Assembly (NCBI GenBank): GCA_964187785.1
Contig: OZ076416.1
Coordinates: forward strand, 28,582,001-28,646,000
Direction: 5' to 3'
From: Amphiscolops sp. MND2022
Lineage: Eukaryota
Length of the DNA stretch: 64,000 nt
Shown here in pieces: positions 47,726 through 60,319 of the stretch (within the stretch, counting starts at the first letter, position 1; every line of letters begins with the position of its first letter). Position numbers and translations under genes: made by a program. The notes beneath the pieces were generated by a model that had not been told where the DNA came from, searched no databases, and was given only the letters and a program-made list of their open reading frames with translations.

Positions 47726-50700
47726 GAAGCTATCAGACCTCACTACTGCTTCAAAAACAGTCTTAATCCCAACACAATGCCGAAGATCTATCGTTCATAG
47801 CTGTTAAATTTCCGATCAGAATGAATTCTTTTTCTGTAAAAATGTATATTGTGAAAAAAGTTGTATATATTTAATCATTGTACAAAATTAGAAATCAATT
47901 GAAGAATCAATCCTCCGAACCCAGCATTTCTTTCGCCAGACAGCGTGTTTTTAGTCGGCGCTTTTTGAGTTTTTTCTCCAGCTGTCACTGTACTTGGATT
48001 TTACAAAACTGATTGAACAGAGCCATAGAGATACGTTGGAAGAACGCTGACGTTCGTTTGCAGTCCACGATTGAACTTTGAACGTAGATACATGTATGGT
48101 TTCATTGACTACCACATGGTTTAAACCTATTTTTATCAATGATTTTTGTTCGGGTTTAACTTCAAACCATGTTTTTGTCATGCCGCATCAAAAGCAACAA
48201 ACAGCGAAAGAAGACAACAAAACTAAATGTGAATCAAACTCTGAAAATAAACTCACATTCTTCAGAATTCCAACCACACACATTTAAATTTATGAATATT
48301 AAGAAAGATTGTGGAGAAACGCGTTGAAACAATCAATCACGAACTCACTTGCACTTTTTATGAAAACATTTGAACAGCACTGCAGACTCAAAAGCTTCAC
48401 GCTCAAAAATGCGCCATTTTGCAGTAGGGTACCGAAAGTTTACGCATACATAAGTTTTTAATGAGATTTCTCATTTTATTTGTCAAGGAAAACTAGCAAT
48501 TCATTGCTCGGTGTTTGTTTTCAAGCCTTTTTCGATCCAGGCGCTATACTAAATACCCTAATTTAAAAACTTGCAGTTTGACATCCATTAAATCACTCAT
48601 GCTCTGGAGCTTTTTCCGATATTTTTAAAAAACTATACAGAGCTGTGATTAAGAAAACGTCTCCGGGCGATTGTAGGCGCGATTTTCTCGAAATCGGTTG
48701 GAAATTTTGAAAAACAGAATTGAAAGTTTGGAATTTCATCTAGTGTACATTGGTATTTTTTAAACAATTCTGAGACAAAAATTGATAAAGTTACAAATGC
48801 TGATTTTGAGCAAAATTGGGACTTTTCTAATTTTTTTTCTAATTTTTGACAGTTTGATCCACAGTTTTTTTTACAAGTTTTATGCTAAATTAACTCACAA
48901 ATCTACTGAATGATGGATATATATTGATTTCAAAAATTTACACGAATTTCACTCGATGCGCCAATCAAAATTTTGATTGGCTGAGAGCGTCATAGGGGGA
49001 CGATTTCTTAATCACAGTATTGTAATTGTTTGAAAACATAGCAATACAGATACCCAGAGCGTCCTCTGTTTGACCAAAGCCAAAACATTGCAGAAACGTT
49101 TTCAGAAACTGTGTTTTAGCGCTAAACACTCGGAAACCTAAAAGTATCAGTTTGACAGTTTGGACCAAGTTTCTAGTCGTTGCCAAAGGTGAATCAATCA
49201 ATCTAGGTTCAAAATATCTTCCAGCCGCTTTTTTAAAAAAAGGAAGGCATGAAAGTTGATTTCAAATGAGTCGTCAGGCTGAGCCACTACATTTTGGAAA
49301 GTTCAAAACTAACTTTTGAAGAATTGTTGTGTTTTCCGAAGGAACGAAGTAGGTTCTATTCAAAAACCAGGCCTATGAAGAGGATCGGTTATGGTGAAAT
49401 TAAAATTCACGAAAATCGATGACCATAGATAAGTTGTTTCATACTGCCTGACATTTGAAAATTTTGCCAAACTGAATTTCAAACATTGGGCTTGTGTTTG
49501 CAGAGATAAATGTAGTTTTTTGAAACGAAACAGACCTCAAAATTACCAAAAAAACCAAAATTACCTGATTTACAACGTTTTTATGCAACTTTTGAACAAT
49601 TTTCGATAAATTTCGTGGGTTAGGATGTTGGAAATTTTTAACAAGGCAGAAACTCGTTGTCAACTAGGCTTTTCGGAAGAGATAATTGCGGTTTATTAAT
49701 ATGAAAAATATCAAAATAACGGAAATGTCAAAAGATCCAAAATGGTTCATCAACTTTCGGTGTTTTGATGCACATTTTGTCCATTTTTCTCAGAATTTGT
49801 AAATTGGAATGTTGAAAAGGAGCAACAAGAAAAGATGTCGTTGTCCAGCAGGCTTAATGAAGAGATAAACGCTGTTTTTCCGAATGAATAATGTCTCCGA
49901 TTGACGCCGAAAAAAAATTGTCCAAATTTTTAAAATTTCAAAATTTTTATTCATTTTTCGTCAAATTTTTGATAGACTTCGTAGATTAGAACAATACAAC
50001 CGATCAACGAGGGAAGAATTCGAAGTTTCGGAAGGCTTTTGTCAAGAGATCAAATTGACACAGAAATTGTCGAAAACTGCAAGTTTCATGTTTATGTTGC
50101 TTTTAATGCAATTTTTGTACAATTTCAAAAGTATTCATAGGCTAGACTAGAAGTTCCAAAACGTTCAAAATTGAACGAACAAGCTATACAGTACCCTTTT
50201 TGACGAGAGCGTTGCAGCGGTTTGCTTCAAAAGCATTTTAGATTGACTCCAGGTGAGTCAGGAACTTTTAACATTTTTAAGCAACTAATGTGTACTTTTT
50301 GAATGGTTTTGGAGTCAGAACGATAGAAACCGTTTACCAACGACTGACCCCAAAATCCAGTGCGCTTTTTAGGACGAATTTGCAGACTTCGGTTGGAAAA
50401 TGTCTAAATTTGACCGCAGAAAATTCGGATCGATAAAAGCTTTGAAAATCTTCAGATGGTATTCCGCAGCTGACCTTTCAAAGATAACCTTGAACTTTTC
50501 AGGGTTGAAAATTTCCTCAAAGGTCCAAAATATGCAATAAAAGATCCAAAAAGTGCATAAAAATCTCAGCAAAATTCTCTCTTTTCAAAGACATGACTAC
50601 AATTTTTTGTTCGAATTGGCCTCAGAAACACCACCTCAGAAATCCAAAAAACGACAAAAAAGCAATGTTTTGACATATTAATCCGAACTTTTGTTCAAAC

Positions 50701-52564
50701 CACGGAAGGTTTTAAAGATGGAACATCCATTGACCTAAACGCTGAAGTAACAGGGCAATCAAAAATGCCAATTGTGAAAGAAAATGGTATAAAGTTCTTC
50801 AAATTTGACAACAAGGTGTCAAAATTTTCAAATTTTCTCAAATTTGGACATCAGAGACCCAATTTAAGACACGTTCCGGAAATTTACTTCAATCAGAAAG
50901 CCTAAAGGATCAAGATTGAAACATGTAGCTACCAGTAAAGTTTCGAAAATATATCGGACAAGATTATTAGCATACTTCCGGAAAATGTTACTTCAAAACG
51001 TATTTTTTGGGAACTTCTGTCAAATATTTAACATTCAAAAAGCCCTAAGCAAAATCACTAGGTACCATGTACGCCTTCCAAAAAGAGCTGTTTGCAGCTC
51101 CCCACGTAGAAAGAAATTAAGAGAAGGACCCAAAAATCAAGAAGTTTGTGACGTTTAGTTGCAAATTGTCTTGTAAAAGTTTCGAGCTTGTTCGTAGGTT
51201 AGAATGTTGTGAACATCCAAAAACATCTGAACTCGGTTTCTATTAGGCGTTTTAGAAGAGAAATCTGTAAGTTTATGGTTAAAAGTTAGTTATTAGGACC
51301 CCAAAGTTGTCGAAAAGATCAATTTTTCCAATTTTTGATTCTTCTGGTGACGTTATGTGCAATGATATAAAAAGCCGAGACAGGCCCAAGTTGGCGCCCC
51401 GCTCAAGTTTCCTAAACTTGCAAAGGACACCAATTTCAAACTTCTACTTTTTCTCAGTGCCAAAAATAAGCACAAGAAAGACGCGTGAGACTAGGAAACC
51501 AATTTTCCTCCAACAAAAAAAAACAAAACATCCATTTTTTGAATTTCTTTTTCGAAAACGTCTCTTAGGGCCAAAAAAACGTTCAACTCCCAAACTACTT
51601 TTTCTGAAGCCGAAGTCAGCTTTGAATGTTTTAAAATATATAGAAGTCATAGCATTTTTCGAAGCTAGAAACAAGTTTTTTGATATGTATGAACAACTTC
51701 TCCAGTTAAAACAAGTCACGCTTTTTGTATTTCAGCGGGAGATAATCATTAACTTCTGGTGTTGGTTTTGTAAATCAGTTTTCTGTTAACTTCTCTGAGA
51801 ACAATTGAATTGAAACTATTGAAACTACCAACTCTTCGTCTGACTCAGCCTCAAAAGTCAAAAGATTATGCGGCCTTAACCAATCATTTGAAACAAAGGA
51901 TGCGGTCACTTTTTGATGAGAAGTCACTTGATGAAGATAGATTGAAAAATGAAGCGAATGATGGCAAGCAGAAGAGAGAAGTAAGAAGTCAAGCACAGAG
52001 AAGCAATTTTTATTCCAGTGAACCACTACGCCATGCAGTCAGAAGTCAACTTTCAGGGATGAGAAGCGAGTAAACGTTTCAAAACTCAGACTCCATCTTT
52101 CTTGATTCTTTTGTAAATTTTCTTTCTGTTTTTCCTAGGATGAGTAGAGTGGAGTTTGAAGTTGAGTGAGAGGACACATGAGCAAAAACAAATTTTGAAA
52201 AAATTTCTCGGAAGATTCCAAAAAAAACTTCAGTGAAATATAACTCGGCTTGACAAAAAAGTAACAATTTTTCTGACAGAAAGTTCGATAGCATTTTTTG
52301 TTTTGGTTGATTTCCAAAGTGTACGTCGCTATGCACTGCATAGCATGACGGGAAGTAAGAAATTTTCTGAGATTAGTTTTTGCTTCAAAACGCCTGTCAT
52401 TCGAGTTTTTGATTGTAAGTAAGTTGTTTTTGCGATCCAGAGAAGCGCCCTTATATGTAAAACATTCGAAGCAACATTCTCACAAGGTAAAGGAGCACAA
52501 GGACATGTTCACAAGGCCTAAGCGTTTTGAGTGTCTTTGTTAATTTACACAACTGAGATATAAA

Positions 52565-52777
52565 ATGACTAACCGTATGGTACAGTCTAAGTTAGAAACG
52601 TTGTTGTTATCGGGAAAAGGCGAGAATTTTGAATATTTTGCCGAACGTTTTGAAGCTCGGCTTCATTTATTGAAATTGAGAACAGTCCTTCTTGATCAGG
52701 AGAATTTGCCTGAGGAAACAGATACAAATTTTGCTAGTGAGCAGAACAAGTTGAAAGAAAAACAGTTCGAAGTTTGA
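52565..52777 (+). pseudogene. Isolated fragment resembling the N-terminus of a retrotransposon gag (Copia-like)
   Basis: LLSGKGENFEYFAERFEARLHLLKL resembles the F.G..E.Y..W..KF..Y..L..L gag start; no downstream pol seen. Confidence 0.4.
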
Positions 52778-54168
52778 TGCAAAAAACGACCCTAGGGAAG
52801 TTCCGAAGTTCTAATTGGACGGAATACGCTAACACGCTATGACTGAATCCTTGAATGACTTGATCAAAAATTTCAGAAGGATAACCAAATAAACTTTGAC
52901 GAGCGAATTTATTCCTATTTTGTCAGCTACAAAAATATAAGGGAAAATTGTTGAGATTATTATCAAACTAAGGAATCTAAAACTGCAAAAATAAACAGCA
53001 GATTCCACTGGAATTTACTGAAATACGGTAACCAATGGTGAGCACCTGGATCAAAAAATGCATCAAAATCAAACACCGAACGATGAATTTTTACAGAAAC
53101 TTGTTTCAATATCTAAAAGTTTGGGAGATGTATGAAATACCCGGTGTGCGTAAATTTTTGGTACCCTGTAAAAGGACCGCGGACTATAGTTAGAGATGCA
53201 GACTTTGAGTGAGTTTTATACTTGCTGCGCTACCGCAGCGGAGAGTTGAAAAAATGAATGAATTTGTTCGATAAATTCGAATTTTATATGATAAATTTTG
53301 ATAAAGTTTAGGCCGATTTAAGTAATCGTGAACAAATACTATACTTTTGTCTACACTTTCTGCTAAATTACAATAAACAGCCTTTGCCTTTGAAATCTTG
53401 AGGTTCATTCCTTTTCTGGTAAAATACGGTAATGAGTGGTATTCAATAGGAAAGAACAGCTGCCTTGTCAATCCATAATTTCCGGCAAACAATAGTGTTG
53501 AGGATTCTGCGATCGATCTATCATGATCATTATTTTAATGAAAACTTAAATTTTTGAATGAAAATATGCATTCTTCCCTGAAATTATTCTTTTGGGAATC
53601 TACATCAATAGGATGCTTTTCATGTTGAAAAAATCAGTCAATTATCGTTCGGTCTTTTTGGTTCGGATTTTTGATTGTTTAGTACCTCTACAAAATACAG
53701 TATCTAAGGTGCTGCTGTGATTTGTTTAAAATGGTTATTCTTATTCCGCGCTCGAAGGAAACTGAGTTTTTCTTGCATGTTAGTATATTAACGTTTAACA
53801 TTCACACTCACTACTTTGAAACCCTGACTATTGTGCAATAATTCTGAAATTATATTTACAAAATTTGATGAACTAATTTTGAAGAAAGGCTGAAGGTTTT
53901 GAGAATTTGGTTTGATTCATTTTGCTTCTTTCTTGTATCCACTATGAATTGCAGTCGAAAAGTGTATGTGATGTTTCTTGAGCTTCACAGTTTATAGGCA
54001 TTGAAAAAACCTCAAATGTTTTCATGCGTTTCTAATAAACATTCATTTGAACTTTTCAACCATGCTGATTTCGAGTGATGCTCTGATTTCTGGCACACTC
54101 ATCTGAAAAACTGGTACTTCAAGTTATTCACACTTTGTTCCTAGTTCTTAAATTTCTAATAAGTACTC

Positions 54169-54365
54169 TGTTGACGATAACGAACTTAGGTGAAAGAAGA
54201 GAATTTCGTAACAACTGTGAATTAGTACAGAATCTGATGTTATGGCAGTTGCTGTTAATTTGCCACTTTGGCTAAGTTTGGCAGGTTGTTATTATTACGT
54301 AATTTAATCATTTTCACACATTTGTTTTCTCAGCAATTAAGTTCAGTATTCTAGACTCTACTACA
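54169..54365 (-). repeat. 3' LTR of element B
   Basis: Differs from 59374-59570 at 4 of 197 positions by manual comparison. Confidence 0.95.
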
Positions 54366-54377
54366 CTTCCCTCTTTT
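54366..54377 (-). promoter_or_regulatory. Polypurine tract of element B
   Basis: AAAAGAGGGAAG on the minus strand, directly abutting the 3' LTR. Confidence 0.88.
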
Positions 54378-54708
54378 ATTGATTCAGTATGGGGGGTTGT
54401 ATGACTTCACTAGATATCAATTTACTTCACAGAAATTTTGTTCAAATCATGATTGGTTCCTGTTTTAGCCAATAAGTGTATAGTAATAATTTACAGTGTT
54501 ACTCAATGGTTAACTTTAATAAATATGACACAATAACTAAAATCATCAATTATGTTAGTACAACACAATTAAAACAAACGTAAGATAACGTACTGTTTAT
54601 CAGTAGGGTTAATTCAATTGGGGTGGATAATACTGAGGTTTTGAATTAACTTGAAATTTAAGTTTAGCAACAGAACAGTATTTGGTTTTATTGTTTGTGG
54701 GTTCGTGT

Positions 54709-56412
54709 TTAATTGCTTCTGGGTGGTTCTATTTCGAACACACTGGGGAGACTTTCTTCTGTGCCTGACTCTGGTTCCACTTTGGTCACCATTATGTTGT
54801 TGCTCAGCCAGTTAGGTTTCTTGTGGTTTCTTGTTGAGCTTCTGGTTGGTTTTTTCTCCTTTTCCCATTTTACATTTCCTTTTATGGGTGCGTTCTTTAT
54901 TTCTTGTTTGTCCGACATTTCTTCTTTTTCTGATGCTCCTTCTGTTTCGCTTTTTGATTCTTTTATTTGTACTGTTTGTTCAGGGCTCACTTCTCTTTCT
55001 TTTTCATTTTGCACTACATTTGCTTCTTCTTCTTCCGATTGTTGTTCTCTGTATGCCATTTGTTCCTTTTGTGGCAAATTTGGGATTTGTCCCATTTCGG
55101 AGCTGTTTGTCGATTCCCGCCAAAATGGTTGAATTGGCTTTTCAGGCTTTTCTTGAATATTTGTCTTCTTTTTGGCAGATTTTTTCTTGGCAGAGTTTGT
55201 ACTTTGTCCCAATTTGGCTACATCGCGTTTGGAGTAGGTTGTTTTCTTACCTACTTTGGGTAGCACAGTTATCGTGTGTTCACTTTGGTTGATTACTTGG
55301 CCTTTGATCTTTTTGAAGTTTCCTTCAAGTTTTGTTCCCTTTACTCTCTCTCGAACAAGAAATGTCGAATCGGCCTCCTCACTGAAGTCTTCCGGCTCGA
55401 TCTGGAGTTGAGGATCTTTTTCTAAAAAACACTTTCTGATCATAGCCGACTTTAATGTGTTCGGTTTTCTGCCCATCTGCCTTTCGTAAGCCGATGTGTT
55501 ATCTACTCCTTTTTCCGTTCTTAACGCAAATAATATGTTTGACAACCCTGATGTATTCTTTTCGACTACTATTTTTCTATTTGTTCTAAGTCTTTCGTTC
55601 AATGTTCTGATCATTCTTTCTACTTTCCCGTTGCCCCGATGATCTCGAATAGGGCAAATTACATGTTGGATATATCTTTCTTCACAAAATTGCTGAAATT
55701 TTTCTCCCTTGAACACTGTCCCCGGATCTGTTCTAATCCTTTTTGGGATTCCATTAGTTGCTATATACTCTAGTAAAAATTCTACAACTTTCTCCGCCGA
55801 CGGGTTAGGTAAAAACATTGCGTCCGGCCATCCTGAATTATTATCTACTGATACTAGTAAATATTTCTTCTGTTTATATGCATTTTGAAATGGACCTGCG
55901 AAATCTATTGAAATTTCGTCGTTTGGGTTTTTCGCTTCCGGTATTTTTCCAAATTCTTTTCGACTGTTTATACATTTAAGGTTCTTACCTGCTTTCTGGC
56001 ATTCAGCGCAATTTCGTGCCTTTTCAACAATCTCGCGGTGGATTCTGGGCCACCACACATCCGATGCCTCCCGTAACATGGCATCTCTGCCGGCGTGCCC
56101 GAAATGTATGGCCCTTAGTACATTTTCGCGCATGTCTTTCGGAATTACCAGTCGTTGGTCCATATATAACAAGTTTTTCGAGTCCAGGCTAAATGAATTG
56201 AATTTCTCTCTCCAAGGGGGAGGTAAACGAGAGATTACTGCCGGATTTTTATCTTTGATTAGTCGAATGATATTTTGGATGTTGCGATCATTCTCATAGT
56301 TTGCTTGGACGTAATTTTGACTAATTTTTGATTTTGACAAATCTTTTGCTTCTGCCATTTTATCGCTTGTTGGCACTTTTACGTTTTGTTTGCTAATAGA
56401 CTTCGACTGCAT
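54709..56412 (-). CDS. Integrase ORF of element B (567 aa)
   Basis: HFGHAG...CAEC zinc finger; IDFAGP, TDPG, NGKVERMIRTL catalytic core; long charged C-terminus. Confidence 0.92.
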   Translation of the reverse strand: MQSKSISKQNVKVPTSDKMAEAKDLSKSKISQNYVQANYENDRNIQNIIRLIKDKNPAVISRLPPPWREKFNSFSLDSKNLLYMDQRLVIPKDMRENVLRAIHFGHAGRDAMLREASDVWWPRIHREIVEKARNCAECQKAGKNLKCINSRKEFGKIPEAKNPNDEISIDFAGPFQNAYKQKKYLLVSVDNNSGWPDAMFLPNPSAEKVVEFLLEYIATNGIPKRIRTDPGTVFKGEKFQQFCEERYIQHVICPIRDHRGNGKVERMIRTLNERLRTNRKIVVEKNTSGLSNILFALRTEKGVDNTSAYERQMGRKPNTLKSAMIRKCFLEKDPQLQIEPEDFSEEADSTFLVRERVKGTKLEGNFKKIKGQVINQSEHTITVLPKVGKKTTYSKRDVAKLGQSTNSAKKKSAKKKTNIQEKPEKPIQPFWRESTNSSEMGQIPNLPQKEQMAYREQQSEEEEANVVQNEKEREVSPEQTVQIKESKSETEGASEKEEMSDKQEIKNAPIKGNVKWEKEKKPTRSSTRNHKKPNWLSNNIMVTKVEPESGTEESLPSVFEIEPPRSN

Positions 56413-59374
56413 ATGGCGTATGAACTGTCAACACACTATCGTTCACGCGTGCGTTTCTTTTGTTTTCAATCTTGAATCTAATTGGTTCATTTTTGTTGGC
56501 CAGTTTTCTATTCAATGGCGGAACGATTTCATCTACTACATTTATTGTGAACCAACTATTAAACATTTCTTCCGCTTTTACTGTTGATCCGCAATATTCA
56601 GACGGGTGTCGTGAAAGGTAAACGGCTAATCCTATCGTTCTACCCGGTGCGTGTATTACTGAAAAGTCAATTGGAAGTAGTCTGTCTACCCACCTGGTCA
56701 GCCTGCTTGAAAAGGTTTTATTTCCTTTAATCGCTTTTAATACACTCTGTAAGGCTTTGTGATCTGACACTACTCCAAACTTTTCACCGTAGACGTAATT
56801 TTTAAAATGCTCAATTGCCCAAACTACTGCGAGTAGTTCTAATTCGTTAATTGAATACTTCGCTTCAAGTTCCGTCAAAAACCTTGATGCATACGAAATT
56901 GGCTTCCAGCCCATATCTTCTTTTTGTTGAAGAACCGCTCGAAGCCCTTGTTTACTCGTATCGCAGATTATTCGCAGTGGTTTTTTCTTTTTGAAATGTG
57001 TTAATTCCGCAACTTTTTTCACTTCTTCATTTACTTTTTTAAACGCTGATTCGTGCTCTTCATTCCAATTCCATTCTGCATCTCTTTTTAAAATTGATCT
57101 AAACGGAAAACAAATAGTAGCTAAGTCTGGAACAAATCTATTGAATTGGTTTACCGAACCCAAAAATAATCTCAGTTCTTTCAAATTGGTTAGTCTGAGT
57201 TTATCGGAAATTCCTTGTACCTTTGTATTAATTGGCGAAATGCCTGAACTCGTCAATTTGAATCCCAACCACTCTATTTCTTGTTTTGCAAAATTGCATT
57301 TTCCCGCCTTTAATTGTAATTTAGCTTCATTCATTGCTTTTAGTATTTCCCGCACTTTGTTCAAGTGTTTGTTCTTAGTTCCCTTGGTTACTATTAAAAT
57401 GTCGTCGATAAAAACAAATACTTCTCTAAATCTAGCTAATAGTAAATCCATTACTTTTTGAAATTCTGTCGGCATAACCGTCAGACCGTAAAAACCTGTT
57501 ACAAATCTGTATGTTCCCGTGGATTCGCCTCCAATAATTTGAAAATTACAGTGTTTTGCTGTTAAAGGGTGCAAAGGAACTTGACCGTATGCATAGGTCA
57601 TATCTACGGATGAGTACCATGCTTCTCCGTTTTCGTTATCAAGTTTTTCTGCTACCATATCTAGTAAATTATCTAAATTTGGCATTTGATATTTATCTTT
57701 ATCAAGCGCTTGGTTTAGCGCTCTAGCGTCTAGTGCAATTTTCACTGAACGATCTTTCTTTACCGTGATTACCGTTGGTTGTATAAAGACATCATCTTTA
57801 ATTTCGTTTATTTTCTCAATATGACCGTCTTTCAGTAATCGTTTTATTTCCGCATCTACCGCATTTTGTAGTTGTATTGGAGTTCGCCTTCCTTTTTGCT
57901 GAGAAATTTTTGCCTCTGATTTCAAATTAATTTTTACTTGATGGTTTTTTATTCTTCCGTTTCTTTTGAACAATTCTGGAAATTCGTTACTTAGTTGCTT
58001 TGCTTCTACACTTAGTTCCTCGTCTTTTTCTACTGAATTAACTTCTAACTCACCTTCGTTCACTGGTGTAAATCTGTATCTCAACGTAGAGAGCCACTCT
58101 CGACCGACGATTGACTTTGTTTCTTTTTTGGCAATTAGAATTCTCGCCTTCTTAATGTACTGATTGCCCACTTGTAGTTCGCAAAACACGTATCCCAGTA
58201 GATTTAATGGTTTCCCATTAAAATCCACGTACTTCTCTCCTTCAATCATTTCGCGCACGGGGAGGTTTTCCCTCTTCATGATCTGCTTTATTTCGTCCAG
58301 TGCAAAAATTGTGACGGGAGATCCGGAATCGATCATTGTTCTGAATTTGTTTCCATTGATGAATACTTCCATGTAATATGGTTTCGTATTTTCATCTCCT
58401 TCTACGTTTAAAACCATTATGCTTTCGTCGTCTTCATCCTCTTGATCGACTAATTGTACGCAGCGGTTTGTTTGCTCACTGCTGCCACTTGCTCTGAATT
58501 TGCCATTTTGTTGAAATTTGTCTTTCTTTTTTTGATTACAAATTTTCTCCAAATGTCTTTTTCTACCGCAGTAATTGCACATCGCATTTGGCCCTTTGCA
58601 GAATTTTAGATGTTCCATCGTAAATTTTCCAGCGCCACATCTCCAACACTCTCTTGTATTGAAGCCGCTTCCACTGACTGCACATACTGGTTCTTCTTTT
58701 ATCTTGGGCTCTTGTCCGATGTATCCATATGTCTTCTGTCTTTTTAGCCCGTCTTCAAAAGCAATTGCGAATTGGAGAGCCTCTGCTGGTGTGTCTTTTG
58801 GCTCTGTGCAAAGCTTTTCTTGGACCAGTTTATTTGACATATTGAGAACGAAAATGTCATAGACTAAGCCTTCTGTCTGGTTACCAAAATTACATTTGGC
58901 CGCCAATCCGTTTAAAGCATTCCAGAACTGGTGAAGAGATTCATTCGGCTTCTGCTTTCTTGACAAAAAGGTATGTCTATCCATGGTTCTATTTCTCCGC
59001 GTTTGGAAGCATTCATTACAATGTTGTAGAAATTGAGGTAATTGAATAAGCAGGATGTTAATTTGAGGGAACTTGTCCATTATCATTTTTCTGCCATTTT
59101 TGCCCAGAGAAATGTAAAGTAAGCTTACTATCTTTCTTGCAGCCGCATTTGCTTCCAGGTTTCCCATCAGTGCTGGAGCACGAGGGTTTTGTTCATCTGC
59201 AGTCCTGGTGATTTCGGTTACAGCAATTGAGTGGTTCGCAAGTACTGCAACTTCAAATAATTGCTGCCACTGCTCCCATTCGTAAGAGGGTTCTTTCTCG
59301 GCCTCTTGCCAGAAGTAATTCAGGCCTGGTACCGGTGAATTAGAAGTTTCATCATCAGTAGCTCGCAGCGCCAT
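56393..59374 (-). CDS. gag-pol: Gag-protease-RT-RNaseH polyprotein of element B
   Basis: Two zinc knuckles (CWRC...H...C; CNYCGRKRHLEKIC); protease IDSG; RT VDMTYAYGQV, FYGL and FIDD; RNase H CDTS, NELELLA and SDH. Confidence 0.94.
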   Translation of the reverse strand: MALRATDDETSNSPVPGLNYFWQEAEKEPSYEWEQWQQLFEVAVLANHSIAVTEITRTADEQNPRAPALMGNLEANAAARKIVSLLYISLGKNGRKMIMDKFPQINILLIQLPQFLQHCNECFQTRRNRTMDRHTFLSRKQKPNESLHQFWNALNGLAAKCNFGNQTEGLVYDIFVLNMSNKLVQEKLCTEPKDTPAEALQFAIAFEDGLKRQKTYGYIGQEPKIKEEPVCAVSGSGFNTRECWRCGAGKFTMEHLKFCKGPNAMCNYCGRKRHLEKICNQKKKDKFQQNGKFRASGSSEQTNRCVQLVDQEDEDDESIMVLNVEGDENTKPYYMEVFINGNKFRTMIDSGSPVTIFALDEIKQIMKRENLPVREMIEGEKYVDFNGKPLNLLGYVFCELQVGNQYIKKARILIAKKETKSIVGREWLSTLRYRFTPVNEGELEVNSVEKDEELSVEAKQLSNEFPELFKRNGRIKNHQVKINLKSEAKISQQKGRRTPIQLQNAVDAEIKRLLKDGHIEKINEIKDDVFIQPTVITVKKDRSVKIALDARALNQALDKDKYQMPNLDNLLDMVAEKLDNENGEAWYSSVDMTYAYGQVPLHPLTAKHCNFQIIGGESTGTYRFVTGFYGLTVMPTEFQKVMDLLLARFREVFVFIDDILIVTKGTKNKHLNKVREILKAMNEAKLQLKAGKCNFAKQEIEWLGFKLTSSGISPINTKVQGISDKLRLTNLKELRLFLGSVNQFNRFVPDLATICFPFRSILKRDAEWNWNEEHESAFKKVNEEVKKVAELTHFKKKKPLRIICDTSKQGLRAVLQQKEDMGWKPISYASRFLTELEAKYSINELELLAVVWAIEHFKNYVYGEKFGVVSDHKALQSVLKAIKGNKTFSSRLTRWVDRLLPIDFSVIHAPGRTIGLAVYLSRHPSEYCGSTVKAEEMFNSWFTINVVDEIVPPLNRKLANKNEPIRFKIENKRNARVNDSVLTVHTPYAVEVY
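59361..59373 (-). promoter_or_regulatory. Primer-binding site of element B, probably tRNA-Ser
   Basis: TGGCGCTGCGAGC abuts the 5' LTR; matches 12/13 to the complement of the recalled human tRNA-Ser(CGA) 3' end (GCTCACAGCGCCA). Confidence 0.75.
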
Positions 59375-59570
59375 GTTGACGATAACGAACTTAGGTGAAA
59401 GAAGAAAATTTCGTAACAACTGTGAATTAGTACAGAATCTGATGTTATGTCAGTTGCTGTTAACTTGCCACTTTGGCTAAGTTTGGCAGGCTGTTATTAT
59501 TACGTAATTTAATCATTTTCACACATTTGTTTTCTCAGCAATTAAGTTCAGTATTCTAGACTCTACTACA
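59374..59570 (-). repeat. 5' LTR of element B
   Basis: TGTAGTAG...CGTCAACA on the minus strand; followed by the PBS. Confidence 0.95.
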
Positions 59571-59763
59571 TACTCCCTTGATAATTTCAAACTAAGTAAA
59601 AAAGAAAAAAGCCAAAAGAATCCACCATCTGATTGGCTTGTATTGAGGTTTTTTGAACTTTTCTCAGAGAGAAGTCCTTAGAAAATTTGGAAATACTTCG
59701 CACTACTTTGAGTCAAGTTTCGTAGTTTCAATCGGAATTTCCAGGAAAGGAAAGATTATTTTA

Positions 59764-60190
59764 TTAGTATTCCATTTTGATACAGAGAGGTGATTCTGAC
59801 TTTAACTGTTTGAAAACTTCTCTGAAAACTTCCATACCGTATAGCTCAAATACTGTTAGTATATCATTCTTCTCGAAAATTAGTCCGACACTGTCATATT
59901 TATCTTTCAAGAAAATCGCTCTCAATTTGCTCCTCTCTGCTTTTTCAGATTTTCTCAATTTCGTTTTTGCGGCACTGCCATAGACCAGCAAACCATATGT
60001 GATGACTGATTGAGAAAAAGAGCTATAAAAGTTGAGAAGGCATTAAACAGGATACTTATCACTGACTTTGTGTACCATAAAACTGAATTTCCTCGATTTT
60101 TTGTAATATACTCTATGGTATCACGGAATGTGTCTAAAAAACTCCTAAATATTTAAACTCCTAAATATTTTATTGGAGGCTGCGTTCTCA
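59764..60190 (-). pseudogene. Degenerate non-LTR (LINE) ORF2 C-terminal fragment
   Basis: YLGV...; FYSSFSQSVITYGLLVYGSAAKTKLRKSEKAERSKLRAIF resembles the post-RT region of CR1/L2/Jockey-type LINEs; stops present. Confidence 0.65.
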
Positions 60191-60319
60191 GTAGAAGCAA
60201 TTGGGTCTTATTACGTAAGCCAAAATTTATTATCATACCTTTGGAAGTATTAGGCTACAATTTAATACAGGAAGTCCAATTGCTAATCTGGCCTAAATCT
60301 GGCCGTCGCGATGATTCCG

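Larger units (their letters stand above)
54169..59570 (-). mobile_element. Near-intact Ty3/Gypsy LTR retrotransposon, Mag-like (element B, 5402 bp)
   Basis: 197-bp LTRs with TG...CA ends; TACTC TSD (54164-54168, 59571-59575); PBS and PPT; gag-PR-RT-RH-INT order. Confidence 0.96.

Noticed and set aside
51810-52073. 87-aa charged ORF
   Set aside because: No motif, splice context or homology that can be supported from the sequence
54713-58862. Plus-strand ORFs inside element B
   Set aside because: Antisense shadows of gag-pol and integrase
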